Below are positions 53,319 to 64,000 of a DNA stretch of 64,000 bases, piece after piece. This DNA is from Balanoglossus misakiensis (lineage: Eukaryota > Animalia > Hemichordata): positions 4,996,760-5,060,759 of the forward strand of contig CM082576.2 of assembly GCA_040954595.2 (NCBI GenBank), given 5' to 3'. How positions within the stretch are numbered: the stretch's first letter is position 1; every line of letters starts with the position of its first letter. The notes beneath the pieces were generated by a model. That model searched no databases. It was not told the DNA's origin and saw nothing but the letters and a program-made list of their open reading frames with translations. The translations under genes and the position numbers were made by a program.

Positions 53319-56300
53319 AGCGGTGCTGAGATTTTGCTTGTGAGTGGCGACTCATTCTGCTTCTTTGTGCTGGATATGTGCTGTGGTTGGTCCAGCATGA
53401 CAAGTGGGCCTTAATACTCAAGAAAGAAAAACTCCTAAACAAGAAAGATGTCTGAATCCTCTTTTTTCTGCTTCAATGATTGCCAGAAAGGATATCCAAC
53501 TGGAGCATGAAAGATTATTCATTTGAACAGACCAAAAAAAAAAACCTTGCATAGAAAGCATGGAGACCTAGGAAGGAGACTTGATGAATACGTGCCAACA
53601 AAGTTCAAAATTTCCAAGTTTTTATCAGTGGTAGTCCTGTTTCATTTCACACGTACAGCATGTTTTTTGCAACTTAAGAGAAATCTCTGGTATTGCTGAC
53701 CGCTCTTTAGATGCAGTATAATTCTTTGTACAGGGGAGTTTTGCGGGTGCTTTATTGTGAGTGACAGTCCACATGGTGTTTGACCACTGAAGCATCTACG
53801 TAGCCTACCTGCTGGAAAACTCCAAAACACTTTCTAAGTATTTAACCCTGTAACCTCCTGTTGTGCTAAGAGAGGTAATAGCCTTGCGTCTTAAGGGGAG
53901 TGTGATAATTCTGCCTTAGAACGGCTCCTCAGAACTCTGTTGTGTTTTAAAAGCTAATGAGATAGAATAGGCATTTTCACGATGGTACGTGACACTTCAT
54001 TACTGCCGGTAGATTAAGAAGTTATAATAGATTGCTTTTTTTGGTAGAATTATACACAATGCCTGGGATTAAGCGTTTCAAAATTGTCAAAGGTGTACAG
54101 TTTATAGTTTGATGATGCATAAAATAAAATATATTTAATTATCACTACTTTTTTTAGCGGATATATCAGTGTGACTGAACTTTTTGAAATTGAGTAAAGA
54201 GTAAAGTGGAAATGATAAATGAATTTGAGAGAGAGAAAAAATGATGTTCCGTTTTCTGATGCAGAAGTTGACTCCACCTGTGTGTGCTGTTGATACAGAT
54301 TAGTGACTTAACCATCACCAACAGAGCACCATGCTTTTTGTTCGGCCCAATTGTTTTGCGGTGGGGTGCATGGTTGAATCAATTTGTGGAGAAATGGGGA
54401 CGAAAGGGTTCGGTTTCAACTTCAGCCTGTGTGCTCAGAGCAAACAATGGAAAACTTGGCATCAGAGGAATCAGTCAAGTGGGGTCTTTTTTTACAGTGG
54501 TTTAATTTGCCTCGTTTGTACGTTACACACCTCAGCTAAAGTTTAATTGCAGCAACAAACCCACCATCAATGGAACACCCCTGTCAAACCGACCCTTAAA
54601 ATAAGACACTCGTTGAACAGACCTGTGAAAAAAGAAGAAAAAGGCACCCTGCTGAATTGTCGTTGCATTGCAAATTGCAGTGATTATGGTAATTAGGTCA
54701 TTTAATAAGAAGACAAAGAAACCACTGGTGTAGAACATGTCTTTTTTAAAGGGACAGAGGGTATTGCTCCCTGAAGACATGCAATCACCGGTACACACAC
54801 ATGGCACTGTCCAAAAAAAAGATACTGAACAACAGTTTATCTGGACCAATGCTGTGTAAACTATTTCCACCCAGCAGCCAATAATCGTTCACCTGCACTA
54901 GAAATTCTAGGGTGACTAGAAATTTAAAAGGCCTGACTGTTTTCGGCCGTGTGCATGCATGCTGTTTTTCTTTTCCTTTTTTTCTACTTTCGAAAAAAGA
55001 CAGTGATCTTGACAGAAAGAAAGACCTTCATTGATATTAGGAAAGCCCATGTCTTCATTGAAGGCAGACAATTGTCAAAAGTCAAGCAGGGAGTCATGCC
55101 AGCTGACAGTCTACTTCAAGACTGAGTTGTTGTGTTTTCTGAACCATTGATACAATTGTGTTAGCATTCACACCATTTACCCGGCCAATTGTTGGTTCTC
55201 AATACGACACTGCACAACACAACACAATGCAAAATGATTGGGCTCTCAGGTACATTACACCCTGATTTTCTGATTGCTTTTATTGTGCCGTCTGTGTTTT
55301 CTATTCTCTCCAGAAAAAGGGTAGAAAAAACATGGAGGTGTGTTTTGAGGCAGTTTTGGTTTCATTACGATAAGAATCTGCCAGTTTAAATCAGCGTTGG
55401 TTTTCAAGGGTGAACACGAAATCAAAGGCGGGTATATAGTTTTACAGTTGTTACTTAGCTCCATACACCTGCTGGGGTTTCAAAGGCACAGGTAAAGATG
55501 TAACAGGTAGCTGTGGGCGTTGGAATCAAATGAATGCCCAGTATTGACTTGGTGGTAAACTTTTCCCACAGTAGCTAATTCCATTAGCCATACATCACAA
55601 TCTGTCATTGCTAAACGTCTATTTAATTGGACAGGCTGACGTGAACAAGTGTCACGGGAGAGTCGCCCCCTGAGCGCTTCTAAAGCAGATTTCGACGCTG
55701 CAGTCAAAATTTAGGTTTTGGAAAAGAAAATCTGCCCACTCATGACTGTGAAAGGCTAGTGCACTTTTTGAAATGTGTCGATCCCAGTGTGGGCCAGAGT
55801 TCCATGCCCTGGGTTTTCACTTTGCTTGTTAATTGCGGGGTGTCGATTTCATCAGAAGACAATAGCGAGCAAATGCCTGAAGTTGGAACACCCTGGGTCT
55901 ATTGGTATGCGGGGGACTCAATCCCTCTCAACACCCCCACTCCATGTACAGCCCATTGACCATTGGCAAGGAACGGCCCTATTCATGAGCCCAGCTTTCC
56001 CGTGAGAAAGTGTACCGGTGCATGCCTAAATAGGTGAACAAGCTATTGTGATTAAATGACCAACAAGGATTAATAGACTGGCTGGATTTTAATTTGTGTT
56101 TGATCATCAAATAGTCATCCGTACTCCAAATACTATTTGAATGATTGTAGGCTGGGCTCTTGCATAAAGAGAGCCCCCTGACACATTAACCTGAGTAGGA
56201 ATCACTGCTATTGGCCAGAGACTAGCACTGACTGACATCTTTCAAACAAAAAGTCAGTTTCAAGACCCTCCAGGAAAATACCCCAACATACCTGAGGACT

Positions 56301-59300
56301 TCTTTGTTATGGTGGCCCATAAGGGCCGTGTTTGCTCAGAGTCCAGATAGCCCAGCAATTGTATGCAAATTGTTTCAGTGTGTATATCTCATGTCTGAAG
56401 TAAGTTTACTCCAGTCTGAGGGGCATTTGATCAAAAAAAAATTTCCATGTGTTATTTTTTTTGTCTATATTAAAGCTCCCGTGCCCTTAGGTAAACAACC
56501 GGCTGGGTGAATTTTTATATGCATGTACATGTATAGGTATGACATTTGCTCATCACAAGGGCATGAACCCAGACACAAGGCTATATATGTAACACGCATA
56601 AAGGTGTTATTGTTGTTACTTTGTATCGTTGCACTGGACCATTTAAACCCTTTCAGCTCATCCTGTAACTCTGCCCTCATATTACACTGGGCATGCATGC
56701 ACCCAGAATTTGGAATGCACAATTAAAGTTGAACTGGCCGAGCAAGGTACACATGCCAGCGTCTGTCATCGGGAACAGACAGTTAGGGTGTTCATTTGAA
56801 AATGATGGTGACGTGCCCTGTCTCCAAGCCAAGGTTGTCCGTTGCGGTTCAAAACAGCTGTATGGCATTCCCTATGATTTGTCTGGGTGTGTTTTGTTTC
56901 AACACTTTTTTTTTGCCGCAGCACGCTGCCAAACTGTAAAAGTTAACTGTTATGTTAATTGTGTCCCCATGCAATCCTCTGGAATATACTAGTTGGTTTG
57001 AAAATGCTGCCAACAACAAATTTCTGCAACTCAAAACCGGTGAATTAATTATTTCTGAATCATCGATTCTAAATTTAGCCAACCACAGCGAAAAGTTTGA
57101 ACCCTGTATGTGCAAAACAGCCTAAACATTAACCCCGGACACAACCACAAACATTTCCAGTTGTTTGGTTTGGAAATTTGATAAACAAGTAGAGTGTCTT
57201 TGGATGATTTGTTCACCCAAAACAAAAGACAACTTCCCTTGTTTTGGAAAATAATTATCAACTTGCACTTTAAAAAAGTGCAATATTGAATTGGTGAGAT
57301 AACCTTATATTTAGAGGAAGGAATATGACCATTGCCCGTGAAAAGGTCAGATTAGGGGTCAACAGATCTTGTTTAAATGGATTTCAACATACCTGAGCAC
57401 GATAGCATTGCTACAAACACTGGTGGGAAAATTTGGCAGAGGACTTAGGTCCACTACAGATTATATATAATCCTGAGATAAGACACAAAAAGAGAACAAA
57501 CAGTGCAAATGTTCCTGCTGAATAAGGTTTGAGATAAAAGATAGCACACCCTATCTAAATAATTAACTGCAATCAGTTATGTTTGCCTTGCACTGGTGAG
57601 TTTCAGATTTTTGGGGATCATGGAAATTGGGCTCTCTCCTGTTATGGGGGCGGTTGGATTTCATCATCTCTATAACCAGCGTGTGAATTTTTGAACGCCA
57701 AGTTTCACACTAACAGGATAGGAATATGTTTTCTGCATGTGGCTGATAGACATTAACATATGTTAGTTTTGATCATTCTTTTTCTATTATCTTTGCCTGG
57801 TGCATCATTACTGGAGTATTTTGTCTGAGTAAGTGATCCCGTGTGCTGTACCAGAATTCAGTTCGACAATAGTAAAGCTGTGTTAGGGGCACTGATCAGT
57901 GCTATAAATGATTTCATCATTTTAATATTAATATGGGTCAACAAAAACAATGAAGTCATATTTTCACATTGTTGTGTTGACATGTGAAATGAAATGTGGA
58001 ACTGGGCGCATTAATTAACATGATGTAGGGAGTAGAATAGGAAACAATTTTATAGTTAAATGTCTGCAGAACACATACATTTTTTAAAATGAAAAATGGC
58101 TAATTTTGTCCCCTGATTAACAGCTACTGACTTAATTCTAGCACTCACGGATTACAGGATGAAACAATAACATTTAGTATGATACCCTGATGTATTCTTG
58201 TCCTGTTCTGTATTGAAACAAGTTTGATGGCTTTAATATTGCAGAATGTTAATTTGATGGCATGCCACAGGGCATGGGAAAATTGGGTGATCTCAATGCA
58301 AAAACCATCTATCAAAGTCTGCTATCAGTAAATGTGACACGTGTGATGACAAGCTCTGTTTCTGACTGATAAACCTATAACCGGGCTTAGTTCACCTACA
58401 TGGCAGTCCTGTACATATATTCTCAAATTTTACCAAGAAGGATTAATTTCAATGCATGAACAGTGATAAGTATATAACCCAGACACTTTTGGGGTTTATG
58501 GATAGCAAACTTGCTATTTACTAATTTTTTTGCTAATAAATTTCATGTTAGACAGCTGCTCACACATTAATTATGTAATATTTGAAATGTGTCATACCAT
58601 ATTTGTATCTAGGTTACGGTATTCATACACTTCGGGTGCGTGATCCCGGCCACATATTATTCAGTCTAAATTCTACAAGTCCAAAGACTGCTTGAGTTAT
58701 TGGCTCGGGGGCTTATTTCTGCCACCATAAAAATAATGTTTGGCAATCTGAGTGTGCTTGTGAATGGGGAAGGACTCTTCAACAACTGTAGACTGCTGGG
58801 CTTGTATATTGCGTCGCATTCCACAGCCCCGCCGCCGCAGCCCCACCAAATCATGTCGTACTCCCGGGAGCAAATGTGAAATTAGGAAGGCATGATATAC
58901 TGTGTGCATGCTGTGAGTGAGTAGGAAGCAGGTCAGGCGCCCAGACAGAGAGACAGGAAAGAAAGAAAAAAAACACAGGAGCTAGCTGCACTTGTCACGG
59001 ACATCCAAGATGCAGGCTGAACATTCCATTGATGTTTGGGGATTTGACACATGCATGGCCTCATCTATCTCAATTTGAGCTGCTAAAACGTTATCAGGTC
59101 TCTCATATAGTACCAACTTTCCCAGACCATGGCTCCTAGCTGGGGCACTGCCGTTTGAATAAACTGGTTTAATAGGGCTGGGGATGGATATAGATTCCGA
59201 TGGCATAGTTGTGAATCCTAACACAAACCATTACATATCACTGAATAATACTCCATAATACAAAAGACATCATTGTTTTTTTTTAAAGACAGCAGTTTTA

Positions 59301-60529
59301 AGGTCATCATATATCAATATAAAAGTTGTGAGTATCAAACGATTTTTACCAAGTTCTATTTTGGGCAGTCTATTTTAGGCTTCATCAGGGCAATTGCTTG
59401 TGTTCTGTCAACAATAGCATATTTCAGCCACCACCTTGTCCTGAGCACTACAGACGAACAATATATTATCAAGCGATATTGCTATAAATAGGCAATTCAT
59501 TCACAGTGGGGCTAGCCTTCACAAAATGATTTATTGACAAATTTTCTGTATCAGGTAATCGAAAATACATAGCAGGGAGTGCCTGAAAAATACTTCTCTA
59601 TACTGCTGCAGATACCGATTATATACAATTGTATGACCATGCAGTTTTCTTGTGTGTATATTAATTATACTGGGCTTTTTAGCAGTCTGATTTGAGGTTA
59701 ATTAAACTTTATCTGAAAGAAAGGTAAAAATAAAGGAATGTTTGTAACCACACACACACACACATATAAATGATGAAGACAACAAATCTACTTTGTTGTT
59801 GTGACAACTGGCCATCAGATTTCAACTCAGATATTTCACAGAACCCTGGAAATCTAAAAAAAAATCTTCAAAAAAAAAAAGGTTGGAACAGGAGATGTTT
59901 CCCTGAGGAAATTCCTCAATTAGCGTAAGAGATGATAGTTAATCTTCACCTGTTTTCTAACTTCATTTGTTATGATTGTTCATGGCTGAGTACTTTATCC
60001 TGTATCCAGTGTCTAGAACTGTTTTATTTGTTGATATCAGATCCCAGCAAGTTTTACCCTCAGATTTTAGCATATTAACCTTTCTACCATCCTGACATTG
60101 CTCCATAACAAACACAACTTTTCCATGGTTCGTTTAGCCGGAGTATTCCAGGCATTTCCCGGGGTTCGAGTGCCTCCAGTGGAAGTAGCCGATAAATATC
60201 AACCTTCAAAGCTGTTTGCAATCATTTTTTAACCTTAAATCATGTTCGGGTTTACAAAGAAGACAGTATGTGACCGTGCAATTGCCGCATAGCTGTTGCA
60301 GTGGAATCATAATCTGCTGAAATATGCCTTCTGCCACCACATCCCAGAGGAAAACAACGGCAGCAGATAATGTTTCTCTCAAACTTACCTAACTTAGTGC
60401 TGGGCACGTTCGCATTTCGCCTAACTCTGCTCAGATATCAACAAGGCCAAAGTAGTGGACTCGGTCTATATAATGCTTAGATTTTTGTTCACCCTATTTC
60501 TGATGTTTTTCTCTGATATATTTTTGCAG

Positions 60530-60660
60530 ATGTCAATATGGCTGGCAAGGAGAATTATGCGATAGATGTATGACATATCCCAACTGTGTGCATGGCACCT
60601 GCGACAGCCCTTGGCAGTGTAATTGTGATCATAACTGGGGAGGCTATCTTTGTGATAAAG
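60530..60660 (+). CDS. JAG: Jagged exon 6: end of EGF1 and EGF2 ([43 protein letters not shown])
   Basis: Absent from the ORF track and translated by hand. Acceptor tttttgcag|A and donor AAAG|GTATTG, 131 nt, phase 2-1. Has the CQYGWQG, PWQC and NWGG.LCDK motifs. Confidence 0.96.
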
Positions 60661-61512
60661 GTATTGCTTATTTAATGATAATATAATTTCATGTCAACAC
60701 AAAGTTTCTTTCATTGTACCGGTGTGGGTAGTACATGTTTAATAGTATCAAAATGACTCCAACTTAATAAGAACTGTACATTGATTGCTTTTTTCACCAG
60801 TATAGTCATTTGTGTTTGTGCAAGAGTTCATGACAAATCTTAAGTTTTATTTGAACTATGAAACTGATTGAAATTTGCACTGGTACATTTTATTGAAAGC
60901 AATATTGTAAACAATTATGAATGGACTTACATCATGTATGCCTGAATTGCATTCATCTTCTGGGCTTTGAAATTGATGACCAGCAAAAATATCATTGGCA
61001 GAATAGAAATCAATTTGATAAATTGACTTCAGTTTTATTATGGAACTTATTCAATACATTATGGATATTTTATTTGAATAATGTTTGATGTGTAAATTTC
61101 CCATTATTTTTATTTGGTATATGCAATTTTTATTCGAATACAACTTTAGCTAAAAATTCATGGTCATAAACTTCGTGTGCATGGCCATTATTATTGCAGT
61201 TTCATTTCACAAAACAGACAAAAACTTCCCTGATTTTTAGGTCATGATACTTTGACCGTCTGACAGATTCCCCACTGTAGTATTTGACAGGTATACCATA
61301 ATAAACTTCTCATAGTCTGTTGCTAAGGAGCGATCACCAAGGAGACAAGTGAGAATTTAGGCAAATGCCTATCATTCTGGATTTCAGGAACTCAAAAAAC
61401 CTGTTATGAAAGCAAACATTCAGCTGTTTGCATAGTGAGGTCAAATACTGCCAGGTTTCACTGCTGTTTTTCCGTTTATTATCAAAATCATGCTGTGTTC
61501 TTTTTTTCACAG

Positions 61513-61629
61513 ATTTGAATCCCTGTGGAGCTCAGCCATGTTTAAATGAAGGCACATGTACAAATGCAGAACCAGACAGGTATCACTGTCAATGTCTTGA
61601 GGGATATTCCGGAATAAATTGTGAAATTG
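61513..61629 (+). CDS. JAG: Jagged exon 7: EGF3 ([39 protein letters not shown])
   Basis: Acceptor tttttttcacag|AT and donor G|GTGAGT, 117 nt, phase 1-1. Contains the O-fucose consensus CLNEGTC. Confidence 0.96.
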
Positions 61630-62663
61630 GTGAGTGAAAAACAGAAAGAAAAGTTTAATGGGACACCATCACCTTCACTTTTGGTGAAATTATTTTCCTG
61701 GTACATATGCCACCTTCGGTTTATTTTGCATCAAATTTTTGTCTGTACTCAAATTTCAGCAATAACATCCCTGGCTCTGCATATGTGGGTGGAATTGAAA
61801 GACAATTTTCAGCATGGTTCAGGGAGAAATAGAGAAGTGGAAACTCAGATCGAAAATAAAATCAAACATATACAACTACTAAATGCCCATAATTCCCTCA
61901 AGACCTTCAATACATCAAAGCATGTGCACCCTTTACAGACACTTGAGATTGTGACCTCTGTCATTTATAAAATGATTCTGTTGAAAAGGCATAATGCTCA
62001 GTTGATATTTAGTTGTTGCTCTGTACTGAGGCACAGTTCAGACCAGATTTCCAAAACATCTATGTGAGGCAACAATGGAAAAGAATTTGCATTTTCAACT
62101 TGTCATTTTGAATTTGCCTCTTCCTACAACAAGCTCAGTTTTCAAAACCGTGTTTGTTTCTCAGTATCAAGCTATTTGTTATAACTTTTGTTTTGAAAAC
62201 ATTGCCAAATTATTTGTTTGTTTGTCAATTGCCAATTACCAGTTGTTATGGCTCAAATAATGCTGATGTCTTGCATGGTGATCCGCAAAGTGGCATGGTT
62301 ATTTCAACCTGCTGCTGTTCCAAAGTATAGTCTTTTAACTCTAATGTGGCAAGAAATAGCTGTCGGTGATTATAATGGTGTGAGAAACGTCTCTTCCCAG
62401 TGTTACATGCTCTGAGTCCTTGAGAGGAGAGAGTTTATCTCCTGGGTGGTAACATCGCTCACTTGGGTTCTAAGTGTAATCTGGTATAGGCTTATTTTCG
62501 ATAATAGGGTAGTTAAACTGACTTGAGTTTCCTGTCGCTGACTCTACAACTATGTTAATTATTTGTGGTATTTAATTAATCATATGGCTTTGGGGCAATT
62601 TTCCGTCGGCCAATTAATGTTGAGATTTTTGTGTGTGTGTTTTGTTGTGATCTCTTTTGGCAG

Positions 62664-63008
62664 CTGAACATGCCTGTGCGTCCAATCCGTGCTATCACAG
62701 CGCCACCTGTCTGGAGAGTTCTAACGGAGAATTCATGTGCATCTGCTCACCTGGGTGGACAGGTGAACGCTGCTCCAGTAACATAGATGAATGTCACTCG
62801 AATCCGTGTCTTAACGATGGAACGTGCAACGATCTGGTGAACGGTTACGAGTGCCGATGCAGGCCGGGCTGGCACGGCGCGAATTGTGCGCTGGACGAAA
62901 ACGAGTGCCAAGGAAGCCCCTGTGTACACGCCTTCAACTGCAGAAACCTGGTCGGGGATTACATCTGCGATTGCCAGCCAGGCTGGACGGGGAAGAACTG
63001 TGATCACA
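62664..63008 (+). CDS. JAG: Jagged exon 8: EGF4-EGF6 ([10 protein letters not shown]...[10 protein letters not shown]...[10 protein letters not shown]...GKNCDH)
   Basis: Acceptor ctcttttggcag|CT and donor A|GTAAGT, 345 nt, phase 1-1. Three complete EGF repeats with calcium-binding-type starts and O-glucose (CxSxPC) and O-fucose (CxxxxTC) consensus sites. Confidence 0.97.
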
Positions 63009-63863
63009 GTAAGTTGAAATACCAGACGACAACAACATCTGACACCCAGTCTTGACCAGGGGTTGTTACCTTAATCAAAAGAAACATGTTTCCCAGGTGG
63101 CATGCAGATGACAGCTCAACTATTTTTAGTGGCGAATTGAAATGCAATCCCAGCAATATGAGAGAAAGTATCTACCCAAACTTCTCAACTTAATGTCATG
63201 ACATTCTGCACACAGTAGGGGTGTAGGTTTCAGTCGATGACTTTTAACCTGGGTCCCAGTGTTTTAGAATTGCGACTGGGCAGAGATTTTCTCTGGTAGC
63301 CGCAGGATAAAAAGAAATCCGCCAACTTTTGATGTGATAATGAGTCGTGAGAACTTGGATGTCAACTTGGAGTAATTTGGATTATGCTAAATACACGAAC
63401 AACTTTTCACAGCTGCTTCTGTTAATTTGTATCAGGCCTTTTTATCTGTCTGAATGAGTTTATTTTTCACACTGTGAACTCTGAAAGCTGTTGGTTCATT
63501 AGATCAACATTTGACATTTGGTATCATTTTGCTTATCTCACCTTAAAGAGTAAAACTATCAGTAATTGAAATTGTGTTTTCGCTGTATGAAGGGTACCAC
63601 ACCATAAAATAACTTGGCTGTATACTATAAGGCAATTTCCAGAAACCAAATTGGCTTCTTAGCATAAGAGGAAGCCCAGTTTTTTTCTTTTCTGTGCCAA
63701 CCAATTATAACTAATGTTATATTCCAGTATTTCCTCTTTGCAGTTCAAAGTGCTTGTCAGTTTCATCGAGGAAATAACTGGTTGGTAAATATAATGTTTA
63801 AATGTTAATTCAGCTCATTGATTGACATCTATTTCTTTTTTCTTCTTCTTTCTTATTCGACAG

Positions 63864-63910
63864 ATGCAGATGACTGTCAGGGCCAGTGTAAAAATGGCGC
63901 CACCTGTTTG
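63864..63910 (+). CDS. JAG: Jagged exon 9: first half of EGF7 (NADDCQGQCKNGATCL)
   Basis: Not in the ORF track. Long pyrimidine tract ending cgacag|AT and donor TTG|GTGAGT, 47 nt, phase 1-0. Corresponds to JAG1 NINDCLGQCQNDASCR. Confidence 0.92.
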
Positions 63911-64000
63911 GTGAGTCAATTGTCTAGAAAAACAATTACAAGTGATAGTTTGGATTGCAAGTCTCCTCTAAATAAACCAATTAACAGCTTCATGCAAAGA

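Larger units (their letters stand above)
16448..63910 (+). other. JAG: Jagged/Serrate-family Notch ligand gene, 5' part (coding exons 1-9; 3' part lies beyond the window)
   Basis: join(16448..16498,16615..16911,47845..47899,48387..48641,50172..50232,60530..60660,61513..61629,62664..63008,63864..63910) is one open frame of 453 codons with domain order signal peptide-C2-DSL-DOS-EGF. Exon sizes 255, 61, 131 and 47 nt and the intron phases match vertebrate JAG1 as I recall it, which favours Jagged over Delta. The diagnostic VWC domain would lie outside the window. Confidence 0.93.

Noticed and set aside
60130-60180. GGTTCGAGT B-box-like motif suggesting a tRNA or SINE
   Set aside because: No cloverleaf, and the spacing to an A-box-like sequence is too short.

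Overview
AT-rich animal genomic DNA. The style suggests a marine invertebrate deuterostome, possibly a hemichordate, but that is inference only. The only protein-coding gene I can support is a + strand Jagged/Serrate-type Notch ligand. I reconstructed nine coding exons by hand (16448-63910, 1359 nt, 453 codons, all GT-AG, frame continuous). They encode a signal peptide, C2/MNNL domain, DSL domain, DOS EGF1-2, EGF3-6 and the start of EGF7, and the gene continues past the window end. Intron 2 is 30.9 kb and intron 5 is 10.3 kb. Nearly all other ORFs in the track look spurious, and real exons 1, 6 and 9 are missing from it. The best non-coding signals are a cluster of seven Su(H)/CSL sites in intron 5 (candidate Notch feedback enhancer), a tiny palindromic MITE family with 9-bp target-site duplications (one copy folds into a near-perfect pri-miRNA-sized hairpin), repeated RFX X-boxes in intron 2 and two uORFs abutting the start codon. 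At gene and protein level, an N-glycosylation sequon sits on the Notch-binding face of the DSL domain, and one exon replaces three vertebrate exons. No prokaryotic-type system, RNA gene or autonomous transposon was found.
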